The notes under the pieces were generated by a model. That model had not been told where the DNA came from, searched no databases, and saw only the letters and a list, made by a program, of their open reading frames with translations. A stretch of 64,000 nucleotides of DNA, from positions 55,227 through 119,226 of the forward strand of contig CAXHJY010000868.1 in the NCBI GenBank assembly GCA_964016885.1, written 5' to 3'. The stretch's first letter is position 1. The number at the start of each line of letters is the position of its first letter. The position numbers and the translations under genes were made by a program. Of this stretch, positions 1-12,944 are shown in pieces. Origin of the DNA: Eledone cirrhosa (Eukaryota).

Positions 1-436
1 ATATAATTCAAACTCTTAATGATGAAAAAGTTAAATTTACACTGGCAGAATTTAAAGTAAGAACATGAAAGTCTGTAACTACATACCACAAAGTACATTG
101 TTAAATTCACTACCAATACTGCCAATCCACCACCCTAGGGTCTCTAATAATAATAATAATTTTTATTTTGTAACAAGACCACCTATTTTAGTAAGAATTG
201 TAGTTGATCAATTTCAATACTTCACTAATACTTATTTTATCAACCCTGAAATACTGAAAGATAAAATCAATCTGCACATATTTAAATACAGAATAAAAAT
301 AACATACAACTAAATACTCTACCAATTCTGCTATTCCCCATCATATGATAATAATTATATCAATGATATCTTATTAATATAGCAAATGAGAGTTTTATAG
401 GCGAATAATGAGAATCAAACAAACTGTCTAGTCTAT

Positions 437-622
437 ATAATTGTTTCTACTTTTGGCACAAGGCCAGCAATTATCTCAGTGTATTACTGGTACTTTATTT
501 TATCGACCCCATAAGGATGAAAGGCAAAGTTAACCTCGGCGGGATTTGTATTCAGATCATAAAGGGCCGTAACTCTTTGCTGCAAGGCATGGCGTCTGAC
601 CCTCTACCGATACTGCCGATCC
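437..622 (-). mobile_element. tRNA-derived SINE (duplicated at ~2405-2590; diverged copies at ~1690-1870 and ~3970-4150)
   Basis: A-box TGGCAGTATCGG, B-box-like motif and core ctttcatccttacggggtcgataaaataaagtacc shared by many copies in the window. Confidence 0.8.
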
Positions 623-1048
623 ATAGTATATAATTATAGTCTATATAATGTTGTCTAGTTCTTATTGCTGATTATGGCTGTAAAAGAATTAAACAAAAAC
701 TTCTGGACATGGAAGTGAAACCTAGGATGAAGAGGTCTTAAAGTAAACTTAAGAGAGACCAATATTTTAGTATGTAAAGAAGAAGGCAGGACCTTGCCAT
801 AATTGTGGAAATATCTGTTCTTGATATGTAGAATATAAGAAGGTAAAATAGTATCTATATACCACAGAGGATGTTATCCAATGGTCTACCAACACTACCA
901 CTCCACCCCCTTGGGTCTCCAATAGTAATAATAGTGAAGAACAGATTGTATAATGTTCTATGGTAGCAAGACATGGGCCTTAAGTGACAAAGATTAACCA
1001 TAGCTAGGTAGATATAAATTAATAGAAATATTTTCTCATATTTTTCAG

Positions 1049-1309
1049 TAACATTTCAAATGGAAACTCCATCATCATGTGACATAGAAGAAAGAAGGAT
1101 GTGGTTAAATAAGGAGATTGTAAATCTTCTGAAGACATATCCAAAAGGTATAGAAAAATCTAATTTTTGGAATGTTGTGAACTACAATATAGATGGAGTT
1201 GAATCAAATGACAGTTATGGTGTGACAAATATGAACGAATTGTTTAAATATTATGAAAATCTTGAAGTTGTCTCAGAGAATAATATTTCATATGTGAAAT
1301 TAAAATCAG
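1049..1309 (+). CDS. NOV-like gene, exon A: LOTUS/OST-HTH-like domain repeat 1 (gene begins upstream of the window or at ATG 1060)
   Basis: Acceptor tttttcag|TA, donor TCAG|gtttgt; 261 nt, phase 1-1; peptide EIVNLLKTYPKGI..FW..SYGVTNMNELF..YVKLK fits the LOTUS pattern. Confidence 0.75.
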
Positions 1310-3017
1310 GTTTGTAAATATTTATTATTTTCTATGTTATTTTATAAGAAGAAAAGTTCCAACTATGTGGCTAAAAAAACCCAGCAATGCCATTGATCGT
1401 TAATTTCATTTTTTATAAGAGGAATTTGTAGTTTCCTTGAAACATTTTGTATGGTATATAGAATTTGAAGTTTCAAACCTACATCAATGCGAAATAGATG
1501 GATAAAGAGGTTCCATGCAACCAGATGTTATGTATTTTACCTGAATTTATTTATATGTCCTAATACTTCGAGATTAAAATCTCATCTTCTGAGAAAAATA
1601 AAAGGGACTAATCCAGTGTTTGATGGAACAGGCTATACCTATGTATTAAATATTTCTAATTTTGGTTAAAACAGAAATTTGCAGAAAAGGGTAAAGTTGA
1701 CTATATGATCCTCAATATTTTACTGGTACTTTATTTTATTGACCCCTCAATGATGAAAGACAAAGTTGACCTTGGTGGGATTTGAACTCTGAACATAAAA
1801 TGTTGAAAGTAAATACCACAAAGTATTTATTCCAATGCGCTAATGACACTGCCAATGACCTGCCATGACAATTTCTGTAATAATTGTTTCTATTTTTGGT
1901 ACAAGCTGAGCAATTTAAAGGGAAAAAGAAAGTCAATTAAATTGACTCCATTGCATTACTGGTATTTTATATAATTCAAACTCTTAATGATGAAAAAGTT
2001 AAATTTACACTGGCAGAATTTAAAGTAAGAACATGAAAGTCTGTAACTACATACCACAAAGTACATTGTTAAATTCACTACCAATACTGCCAATCCACCA
2101 CCCTAGGGTCTCTAATAATAATAATAATTTTTATTTTGTAACAAGACCACCTATTTTAGTAAGAATTGTAGTTGATCAATTTCAATACTTCACTAATACT
2201 TATTTTATCAACCCTGAAATACTGAAAGATAAAATCAATCTGCACATATTTAAATACAGAATAAAAATAACATACAACTAAATACTCTACCAATTCTGCT
2301 TTTCCCCATCATATGATAATAATTATATCAATGATATCTTATTAATATAGCAAATGAGAGTTTTATAGGCGAATAATGAGAATCAAACAAACTATCTAGT
2401 CTATATAATTGTTTCTACTTTTGGCACAAGGCCAGCAATTATCCCAGTGTATTACTGGTACTTTATTTTATCGACCCCGTAAGGATGAAAGGCAAAGTTA
2501 ATCTCGGCGGGATTTGAATTCAGATCATAAAGGGCCGTAACACTTTGCTGCAAAGCATGGCGTCTGACCCTCTACCGATACTTCCGAATCCATAGTATAT
2601 AATTATAGTCTATATAATGTTGTCTAGTTCTTATTGCTGATTATGGCTGTAAAAGAATTAAACAAAAACTTCTGGACATGGAAGTGAAACCTAGGATGAA
2701 GAGGTCTTAAAGTAAACTTAAGAGAGACCAATATTTTAGTATGTAAAGAAGAAGGCAGGACCTTGCCATAATTGTGGAAATATCTGTTCTTGATATGTAG
2801 AATATAAGAAGGTAAAATAGTATCTATATACCACAGAGGATGTTATCCAATGGTCTACCAACACTACCACTCCACCCCCTTGGGTCTCCAATAGTAATAA
2901 TAGTGAAGAACAGATTGTATAATGTTCTATGGTAGCAAGACATGGGCCTTAAGTGACAAAGATTAACCATAGCTAGGTAGATATAAATTAATAGAAATAT
3001 TTTCTCATATTTTTCAG

Positions 3018-3278
3018 TAACATTTCAAATGGAAACTCCATCATCATGTGACATAGAAGAAAGAAGGATGTGGTTAAATCAGGAGATTGTAAATCTTTTG
3101 AAGACATATCCAAAAGGTATAGAAAAATCTATTTTTTGGGATGTTGTGAACCATAATATAGATGGAGTTGAACCAAATCACAGATATGGTGTTAAGAATC
3201 TAAAGGAATTGTTTGACATTTATGAAAATCTTGAAATTGTCTCAGAGAATAATTTTTCGTATGTGAAATTAAAACCAG
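3018..3278 (+). CDS. NOV-like gene, exon B: LOTUS-like repeat 2
   Basis: Same acceptor and donor (CCAG|gtttgt); 261 nt, phase 1-1; RYGVKNLKELF motif. Confidence 0.75.
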
Positions 3279-3544
3279 GTTTGTTAACATTTATTACTTT
3301 CCATGTTACTTTTATACGAAGAAAAGTTCCAACTATGTGGCTAAAAAAAACAGCAATGCCATTGATCGTTAATTTCATTTTTTATAAGAGGATTTTGGCC
3401 TACCAACACTGCCACTCCACCACCCTTGGGTCTCCAATAGTAATAATAGTAAAGAACAGATTGTATAATGTTCTATGGTAGCAAGACATGGGCCTTAATT
3501 TAGGTATATATAAATTAATAGAAATATTTTCTCATATTTTTCAG

Positions 3545-3802
3545 TAACATTTCAAATGGAGACTCCAGCATCACTGATAGAAGAGAAGAGAAAGTCATTA
3601 AATCAGCAGATTGTAAAACTCCTGAAGATATATCCAAAAGGTATAAAAAAACGCCTCTTTTGGAATACTGTTATGCAAAAAATAAAAGGAGTTGAATCAA
3701 ATGACAGTTATGGTGTGACAAATATGAACGAATTATTTAAATATTATGAAAATCTTAAAGTTGTCTCAGAGAATAATATTTCATATGTGAAATTAAAATC
3801 AG
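3545..3802 (+). CDS. NOV-like gene, exon C: LOTUS-like repeat 3
   Basis: Same acceptor and donor; 258 nt, phase 1-1. Confidence 0.75.
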
Positions 3803-4534
3803 GTTTGTAAATATTTATTACTTTCCATATGTTACTTTTATACGAAGAAAACTTCCAACTATGTGGCTAAAAAACAACAACAATACCATTGATTGTTAAT
3901 TTCACTTTTCTATATTTTATGTATTAAATATTTGTTATTTTCATAAAAGGACAGAAATATGGGGTAAGGGGTAAAGTTGACTATTTCATCCTCAATATTT
4001 TACTGCTACTTTATGTTATTGACCCCTCATTGACGAAAGACAAAGTTGACCTTGGTGGGATCTTAACTCTGAACATAAAAAGTTGAAAGTAAATACCACA
4101 AAGTATTTATTCCAATGCGCTAATGATACTGCCAATCACCTGCCATGACATTTTATGTAATAATAAAAATGATCTCTTTTGAAAAGGCACAATTGAATTC
4201 ACTACATAGTAGAATAAATGGTGAAGTTGTTGCTGTCAGGATTTGATAAGGAGGGGAAACAGACAACTGTATGACATTAATTAACTCAATTGCTTTTCCA
4301 TTTCTTCTAACTGTGGGCTATAATATTAATAACAATTTCTTACATTGATACTAGATCACCTATCATATGTGAAGTTAAAATCAAGTTTGTAAATATTTGC
4401 TACTTTCTATATGTTACTTTTGTGAGGATAAAAATCCCAACTGTGTGGGTAAGATTTTTGCTTTGCTCAATTTGTGCATTTAGTTGACATATTTTTTTCC
4501 TTTCATTGAACTGTATTTTTATTTTTATTTCCAG

Positions 4535-5883
4535 GTAATAAAACCAGAATGGTAAATAAACCCAGTTTTGAAGATCTTAAAAAGGTCATATGTGAAGTTC
4601 TTGATAAACACAGAAGTAAAATAAAACGTGAACATTTTTGGAATAAAGTGGCTGAGAGGCAAGGACATGTTATCAACCCTAAAGATTATGGTTTCAATAA
4701 TTTATATGAATTACTGAAACAACTTTCTGATGTGCTGATAGAGGTGGCTGAAAAGAATGAACTATATGTAAAAAAGAAAACTTCAAGTGATTCCAATAAA
4801 CCATCTGCTGAGAAAAGCTCATCCTACTTAGGAGACAACATATATAATTTTCCATCACTTAATGAAACTATACAAAGTGACCCATCAAAACCATCTCTAG
4901 TTGAAATTAGACAAAGATTCTGTGACATTGTTGTGAACTCACCCCAGGGTTTATCACTGCAGCTATTGATGGAATTCTATAATAGAAAATATCAAAAGTC
5001 ACCATTTAACTTTCAAGATTATAATGTCAGTAATTCTGAAGAATTTTTTAAGTTGCCTGAATTTCGATGTTTTAATGTTTTAATACAGAACAATACAATA
5101 ATGGTTTATTTAAAAGGACACAATTCTTCCCAAAATATGTTTCCGTTAGTTAATCAAATGCAAGCTCCTAAATGGGGTGAACCAGCATTCCCCCTCAGGC
5201 AACAACCTGTTCCTAATTTACAACATGTTACTGATAGTTTTCATCTTGCTCCTTTTTCCAAACTCCCTCCACCAAAAACAAATGAAAAAGAAATTGTAAT
5301 ACCTCCCTTAAATATTGCTCCTGGGGAGACACTGTCTAAAGAACAGCTTGATAAAATAGCCAAAGAATGTATTGAAATACTTGCTGATAATAAGGAATAT
5401 GTATCTGCTCAAGCTATTGAAAATCTTTTCCTTAAACGTCTTAGAAAGAGAAATATGCGTGAAGTTGGTATCCGTAATTTAGATTATTTGCCTTCAGTTC
5501 ATGAGCATAACCGTATGGCATCTAAAGTAAATGCTTATATTCAAGCCTTTGTGACAGTTCGGTCTGTATGCACACTGAAAGAACTAGAAGAATGTGTTAC
5601 ACTTTATGTGAACGAAAGCAATTCCTTTCAAAGTTTAAAACTGGGTCCTTTTCATAAGATGCAAATTATTTTTGATTTGTTTAAATTTCCTCCTGGTGAA
5701 GAAAGCTACCCAGACCTTACTACAATGGATATTTTAGATAATATAAGAAATTTCCTTAATGAGAATAATTGGTATAAGAAACACGAAATGCCAGAAGTTA
5801 TGTCTTATTTGACAAAAGCTTTTTATTACAATGATCCATTTCAACTTGGGATTCGCTTGAAAAGCCTCCCACTTGCTATTGGG
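4535..5883 (+). CDS. NOV-like gene, exon D: two further LOTUS-like domains plus the NO VEIN N-terminal conserved region
   Basis: ttccag|GT...GGG|gtaagg; INPKDYGFNNLYELL is a classic LOTUS motif; LDKIAKE..EYVSAQAIE..LPSV..SKVNAYIQAFVTVRSVCTLKELE..FQSLKLGP resembles the plant NO VEIN N-terminal region. Confidence 0.92.
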
Positions 5884-5990
5884 GTAAGGATATCTTTGTT
5901 TATTTAAATATTGGAATTGTTTTACCTATTTTTATTCCAGTGTTAATTCTTTCTATTTTAAATACATTTATACAATGTCATCTGTTACAG

Positions 5991-6444
5991 GTCTTAAAAC
6001 GTGCTCAAAAAGATGATTCAGCCCTTACCAGGAAAGTCTTTGATGATATGAAGTTCAAATTAACTGAAGAAATACAAAGCGCTTTCAATAAATTCCGTGG
6101 CTATATTCTTGCAACAAAACAAAATGAAACATATTTGAAGAAGCACTATGCTAAAATGTCAGCTGATGCTGCTCTAAAAGAGATATTTGAACGGCTGTGC
6201 TTGTTGCTTGAAAATTATGAACCTAGAACTATATTTGAACAGAAACAAAAAAGAAAATTTATAGAGATTTCTAATAATTTCTTTCAGCAAATAAGTAGTC
6301 ATGATCTAGCTAAGACTGTGTTTCATGTTGCTATTTGTGTCACTACTACTGAACTACAAGCAATTACCCTGGAATTCTTAAAGCCAAGATCTCAGCCCTC
6401 AACTGATCACTCTAACAAAGTTAAAATTCCTCCTCCTCGAAAAG
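5991..6444 (+). CDS. NOV-like gene, exon E
   Basis: ttacag|GTC...AAAG|gtaaga; open frame, phase 0-1. Confidence 0.9.
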
Positions 6445-7004
6445 GTAAGATTTTGAAATATGATTTTAATAGGGCAACTTCTAAATTTTTAACTATTGTT
6501 ATTGTTAGGTGCCTATAGCCCTGATTCAACTATATACTACTTCTATATATTAACTGTGGACTATTTTCCTACTAAAATTGAGAGGAGAGTTGGCTGTCTA
6601 GATAGAATACTAGACAACTAGGTAAGAGATTGTTTGCATCTTGGCATTGTGTCCACTACAAAAACTCTGATGTATTTCTGCTTGAAATTCTACAAACTCA
6701 CACAATAAAATGAGTTATCTTTTGCCTTGTGTCAAAGAAGCCTTTTAAAACATTTATTGATAAACATCTTGTGGATAAACATGTCCTAATGATTCAATTT
6801 TAACAATTTCTATGCAGTTTTTAGGAGATATAATAAATGCTGTAGAAATAATTTTGTTTGCTTCAGAATGTAATATATAATTTGTTTTATAAAACCTGTT
6901 CTTAAAATGTAACGGAAACAAAAAATAATATTGATGTAGAAAACCAGCAGTATGAAATATGAATGCATACAACAAACAAGAAATTAAATATTAAGGTAAA
7001 AATA

Positions 7005-7340
7005 AAAAACGGTGGCATGTACCCCATCACAGTAGGTAATGTCTTCTGGAGGCTTGCAACTAAGATCATCTGCAAGTCTATTGCACCAGAGATAGGTGTG
7101 GAACTCAGCCCAGTGCAGCTGGGGGTCGGTGTGGCCAGCAGGTGCGAGGGACCTGCCCACACTGCTAAACAGTTCATTCCAAACTCTCTTCCCAAGCCGG
7201 TGCCAATTGATCCTAGGATCTCATTGTCAAACTTGACATGAGAAATGCCTTCAATTGGTTGCGCCTTGCCTCAGCCGTGCCTTGTCTACCAACTCACTGG
7301 CCTACCTGCTATATGGGTCCCCAAGCATGCTCCTCACTGC
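7005..7340 (+). mobile_element. CRE-like non-LTR retrotransposon RT fragment
   Basis: GGMYPITVGNVFWRLATK..QLGVGVASRCEG; degraded. Confidence 0.7.
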
Positions 7341-7542
7341 ATACAACAATTACTCTTTAATTGGTATATCCAGTGTTTCATATAGCTCATTTAATATATA
7401 AATATTAGCTAGACAATGGTGTATTTACAAAACACAGTAGGTGTTGTAGGAAAGAAGTATATTTTTTTTAATGATTTGCCCTATCTCTATTCAATTTTAG
7501 AGTCCTGAAAGCCCAGTGATATTTATATTATGGCTTCAATCT

Positions 7543-9436
7543 CAGGATAAAGTGGGAAGCATTGGTGCATAAGGATGTCAGGACAAAATATGCAGATACT
7601 ATTGCATTCAAATTCATAGAACTCCCTGAGCAAACTGAGGACGTTGGGACAGAGTGGAGATTGTTCAGTACAGCAGTGTCTGCTTCAGCTGTTAAATGCT
7701 GCGGGTGAAAGAGGCTTGGTGTGATGTCGGATGGCAGGAAGACTCTTTGGTTCAATCAAGAAGTCAAAGATGCCACCCAAGAAAAGAAGAAGGCTTACAA
7801 AGCTTAACTTGGAAGTAAGTTAAGTTGGAATCTGACTTCAGATCAGCAAATAAAGTGTTCTAGCAGACCATCCACCAACTTCATATTAAGAAGCCCTCCT
7901 CCACACCTGCTATCAAGAACACGTCTGGGGTTCTCATCTCTTCAGATAGGTGCATCCTCGCGAGGTGGAGATAATACTTTGCTGATCTCCTAAACCTGAT
8001 CACAACAGCATCTTTGGATGTACACAAGGAGCATCTGGGAACATGACTAATCTCTCAGAGGCTGAGGTCACAAGAGCAGTTAAAGAGCTCAAATGTGGCA
8101 AAGCTGCTGGAGAAGATGAAATCTGGCCTGGGGTGTTAAAAGCCTTAACTAAAGAAGGTATTTTGTGTTTGACTCCTTTGTGCTAGGTGGCCTGGATCTC
8201 TGGAAAGACACCTAAGCAATTGGGAGTCTATGCAAAATGTCTTGCAAAGAGATTCAGGGAGATTGTCGAGTCCAAGCTAGCTGATAAACAGTGTGGTTTT
8301 CACTCAGGACAGCAGAGCCAACTAAATATTCACACTGCAGCAAGTATTCAACAAATTATTGGAGTATTGCCAAGAAGTATATTTTCTTTTGTCGACTTCG
8401 AGAAGGCATATGACCATGTTCCTCAGGACCTACTGTGGAAGGCTGTGCAGGAGTATGGGATTGATGGTCAGCTTCTTGCTGCCCTGATGTCTTTATATGA
8501 ATGACCAAGTACTAGTGTTTGGATAAATAGTGCTAAATCGAAACCATTCAATGTGGGAGTCAGACTCCACCAAGGGTGCATACTGTCACCTCTCCTGTTT
8601 ATTATTTACATGAACAGGATTGACATGCACAGCTGGGTTGGAAGTGGTATCACAACTGGCAGGTGTAAAATCAGTCAGCTGGAATTTGAAGATGACTTAA
8701 CTTGACAGATGATCTTCAACTTGCACTTGATAGGTTTGATGCCAAGTGCTGCTTGGTTGGAATGAAAATCAGGGCTGCGAGAACTGAGACTCCATGTTAA
8801 TGGAGTTCCACTGAAGCAGGTAGAGAAGATCAAGTATCTCAGGGCCATGTTCATGAGTGATGAAAGGCAGGAGGCTGAATTAAGTGCAAGAATCGCAAAA
8901 GCTGATGCCGTAATGCACCAGCTTCGGCATTCAGTAATCAGAAGAGCCAAACTCGCTATCTTCAATTCGGTTTTCATGTCAACTCTTACCTAGGATCATG
9001 AATCTTGGGTAATGACTGAAAAAATATGATCACAAATACAAACAGTTGAAATGAGATTCCTCTGAAGGGTCTTTGGAGTAACGTTACTTGATAAAGTACG
9101 TAGCTTGGAGATCAGAGTGTTGTTCCAGGTAGAGCCCTTACTTCTCCAAATTGACAGATAAGTTCTGATACTATGGCCATGTAGTTAGAATGTCTCAGGA
9201 AAGAATCACTGGGCAAAACCAAGCGGCAAGAGACCCAGGGGTAGACCCTGAGCAAGGTGGTTGGATAACATCCATGAGCTTGGCTGGTCTTGCTTGGGGA
9301 CCCAGCTGGATCAGTTGGAGATGGTTGCTTCTGACTGGACCCGCTGGAAGGAGTGTTTGAGGACTGTGTCCCCATGACCCTCTCAGGAATAAGTGGGTGA
9401 AGCAGAAGAAGAAGGTAGTGGTGGTGGTGGTGGTGG
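7543..9436 (+). mobile_element. Degraded 5'-truncated RTE-clade LINE (GAA-tail family)
   Basis: FVDFEKAYDHVP RT motif, stops and frameshifts, 3' gaagcagaagaagaag tail. Confidence 0.85.
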
Positions 9437-10249
9437 CTTCTTCAATCACAGTATTTATTTACACAAATGTTTTTCTCTTCCGTTTTTTATTGCTAGTGCT
9501 GTCATTAGAAATACTAATGGCTATTAGAAAACTTACACGCAGAAAAACATATATGGAAAACAAATGAACAAAAGCACTTATCCCCTACATCAGCCATTTC
9601 CTGAAAAGCAATTTCATGCATAAAGGTACAATTTCATGCATAAAGGTACTGTTTTGTTGTGTTGTGGAGAACCCAGGTTGTGCTACAAATTGAAAGACCA
9701 ACCTACTGGAAAGATAGATGCATGTAAGACAATACAAGATAGAAGCACAGAAAACTTATGCGTGTCTTTTGACTGGAAACAACTAAATAAACCAAATTCT
9801 TACAACTAAAATATGACAAGTAATAGACAGTGTAAATATATAGGATCTGAGCCATCAATTTATTTAGTATGACTTGTTCCATGTAAATATGATTCCATGC
9901 TAAAATGTATATGTGGTGTGGTAAATAAATATATACATATACATCAGGACTGAACACAATGGAACCAAACTCCCACTGTCACTGCTGCAATCTCTCCTGC
10001 TCTCCCCATCTCTTACCATTATAAGCAAATGTGGGCCCATGTGCTGGAAGCCTACAGTATCCAATCCATGCTTTATAACTTCATTGAGGGCAGCATGGCA
10101 TTGAAGGCGGCTGGCACTGTAGAAACACGACAGCAGGTGAAGACCGAAAGAGTCTATGGTGTATCCACAGCAACATTTTTGTGCCTCGCAGATCCGAAGG
10201 CTGAGCCTCAGGGAAACCCCAATTCACAGGCTATCATTATCCAGCTGCA

Positions 10250-11690
10250 CGCCAATCAAAAAGGAGGGTAAAGCATTGAGCCAGGCACCTGTGTGGGATT
10301 ACAAGGCTGGATAAAAATGTGAGGTGGTGCTGATTGAGCTGGCACACTAGCCTGTCTCAGGCTATGTCACACTGGATGGCATCCCATATACTCTGGGGGG
10401 ATTTGACATCTACAGGGAAAAAATGAGGAGGGACATCTACTGGACAAAATCCAAGCGAGTCCCAAGTCTCATAGGCAGCTTCGCATTCTTCGATCACATT
10501 GGGTTTTGTTGTGTTGTGGAGGACACTGAGGTTACCAACAAAAGAAATTCCAGCAAGACCAGAGACCAAGGCCACTGTTTCTAACAGGTAAGGTGGCCTG
10601 TTACCATCCAAAGTTGTCAAACCTGATGTTGCATATCTGCTGCTCGCGTACAAGTATCAAGATCAGTGAGGAGAGATGTGTGGCTGTAGCAAGGAGCGGT
10701 ATGAAGTGTGAGGAGCTTCGGCATGGCAAAGCACTTTCTTAACATGAAGAGGGCTAGATGGGCGTCAATCATACCCAGTCAGCTTGTGAGGGTTGTGAGC
10801 TGCTGGAACCTGGATATGATAGTGGAACGGATGGCTGGCAGGTGGATCGGTGAGGCAAAGATGAGGACATCCTCTTTCGGAGTCATCTGCACCTGGCAGA
10901 GAATGGATCGCATGTCCAAGACAGAGACTGCAAAGCCCTCAGCATCATGGTTGACATTCACCACCTCCAACTTGGATTAGTTGACCGTGAGGCTGATTCT
11001 CACCAGAGCAGAAACCACCAATGGCAGATTGTGACAGACAGTCTCCATGGGCCCACTCAGCATGACATCATCCAGGTACCAAACATTGAAAGAAGCCGTG
11101 ATGTTCCAAGCAATGGGGTCTGTTCCGAGAGCAAAGAGGAAGGGGCCCAAAGGATCACCCTATTGAACCCCAGTGACTGAAGGTAAGATGCCGGTTCCAG
11201 TGGGCAACTGTTGAAGAATTGCCTAGCTGCATGTGCAGCCTCCTCACACCCATTGGAAACACTGACCCATAGTTGCACCAGGCTAAGCTCTATGCCCAGT
11301 TCAGATGTGATGGACCTGCAGACCACCTTAGCAGTCAGCATCTGGAAGACATTGCCCACAGCAATAGGGTGTATGCTACCCTCTTTCTTCCTGATAGCAG
11401 TCAAGCTGGCCAAAAAGAAGAGGCCTCAGGTGTAAAGGATCCAGGGCGTCATAGATGAATCTGTTGATGAGTGCCACAATTGCACTCAAAAGGCGGCACC
11501 TGGCTTCAACTGATAGAGGGATAGCAAAACTTTGAGGTGATCAAGTCGGAGACCATCAGTACCTCTGCTGCTTCTGGCAGGGAAGGACTTAATGGCAGAC
11601 ATGATGTCTGCATCTGATGCCACAAATAGCAGGTGAGGATATGGGTCTGAGGTCTGCAGGCGGCTCAGGATGCTTGAGCCAAAGACAAGC
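10250..11690 (-). mobile_element. Degraded CRE-like retrotransposon (RT and RLE region)
   Basis: GTDGLRLDHLK, IHPIAVGNVFQMLTAK, GCEEAAHAAR, LDGNRP; frameshifted; boundaries approximate. Confidence 0.7.
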
Positions 11691-11884
11691 AATTTACTAT
11701 TGTAATTAGCCTCAGAACTACAAAATTGATAGGTATTGAGTATAACATTGAAAAGATGATTTGTCCTTCATAAACCCTATGAAGATAAAGTTAAGGGACA
11801 TGTCAGAAAAACTGGTTTTGTGCCTAATGAGAAATCATAATTTAGTGATTGGATCAAGTTTTTAGGAGGAATAAGAAAATCATA

Positions 11885-12237
11885 CAGTTATCCCCTGGTA
11901 TTTGCAGGGATTACATTCCTAGAGCACCTGTAAAGAGTGAAAAACCACGTATATTGGACGTGATCCATAAACATGCCTATAAACGTCAAAATATAATAAT
12001 AAAAAAAGAGGGAGCATCTTATGCAATGGGACGTCCAATAGGCTGGCAAATATGGTGTATTGTTATTAATAATTTAGGGTTAAAAAAATATATATTGCCT
12101 CAAAAAAAGGCATTAAAAAAATTGCGGAAGATATTTACGATTCCGTGAATATCCGGTGGTTTCCATGAACAATTATTAATTAAGTTCTAAGGGAAATTCC
12201 GCGAATAACCAGGACCATGAATGCCAGGGGTATACTG
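11885..12237. mobile_element. Tc1/mariner (pogo/Tigger-like) MITE
   Basis: TA-CAGTtatcccctgg ... ccaggggtatACTG-TA terminal inverted repeats. Confidence 0.7.
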
Positions 12238-12264
12238 TATATATATTCTACCTTTATTTTTCAG

Positions 12265-12446
12265 AACAAGTACTTCAATCTTTGAAAAAATATCTGGAAA
12301 AATACATGTCTTCAGGGACATTAAATTTGAATCATTTCAACAAAATTGAAGAGAAGTTACTGGAAGAATTTAACATGACAACCTTTTCCAATATGGGTTA
12401 TGGACGATTTCTTTCATTCCTCCAGAATAATATGTCGATAAAAAAA
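12265..12446 (+). CDS. NOV-like gene, exon F
   Basis: tttcag|AA...AAA|gtaagt; FSNMGYGRFLSFL resembles the NOV F..LGYG.F..FL motif; phase 1-0. Confidence 0.88.
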
Positions 12447-12712
12447 GTAAGTGGTTTCTTCAGTAGTAGTAATAGTGATAAGTTCTAGACATTTTGTTAG
12501 TACAACAAATTATGAAAAGAAAGTTTATCAAAATGTTCTTCTATATCAGAAAAATATGAGAAGATAATTAGCTAATAGGTTCTGTTAAATCATTAAAATA
12601 TGAAGGAGTTTAGTTGATATAAATAAACATTAGTTTTTGTTTTTGTTTTTATAGTCAGCCTTTTACATACACTATTCCTTTCTTGAGTTTATGGAACATT
12701 TCTTGTTTCTAG

Positions 12713-12847
12713 ATTTTGGATGAAGCTGGTCTTACAATCTCTGGAACATCTTCTGACAGTAACAAGAGTGGAATTGGTGTATATAAAGCTTCACTGGCAG
12801 ATGTTTGTAACTTTATAGTTCAGTGTAAAGATTCCTGCACAACACAA
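12713..12847 (+). CDS. NOV-like gene, exon G
   Basis: ttctag|ATT...CAA|gtaagt; 135 nt, phase 0-0. Confidence 0.8.
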
Positions 12848-12944
12848 GTAAGTTGTTTTAAAACATTTTCTTGCATTTATGTCAGAGAAAATATGAAGGA
12901 CTTGGTTAAGTTAATGTAGGTAGTTTTGTATTATCTTGTGAAGA

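Larger units (their letters stand above)
1..4160 (+). repeat. Tandem duplication, ~1.97 kb unit containing the LOTUS exon and its intron
   Basis: 1-1420 is nearly identical to 1969-3390 (identical 82-aa ORFs at 65 and 2033, offset 1968); the third unit is internally deleted. Confidence 0.95.

Noticed and set aside
65-313. Identical 82-aa ORFs at 65 and 2033
   Set aside because: Intronic AT-rich sequence with no motif; identity reflects the recent tandem duplication.
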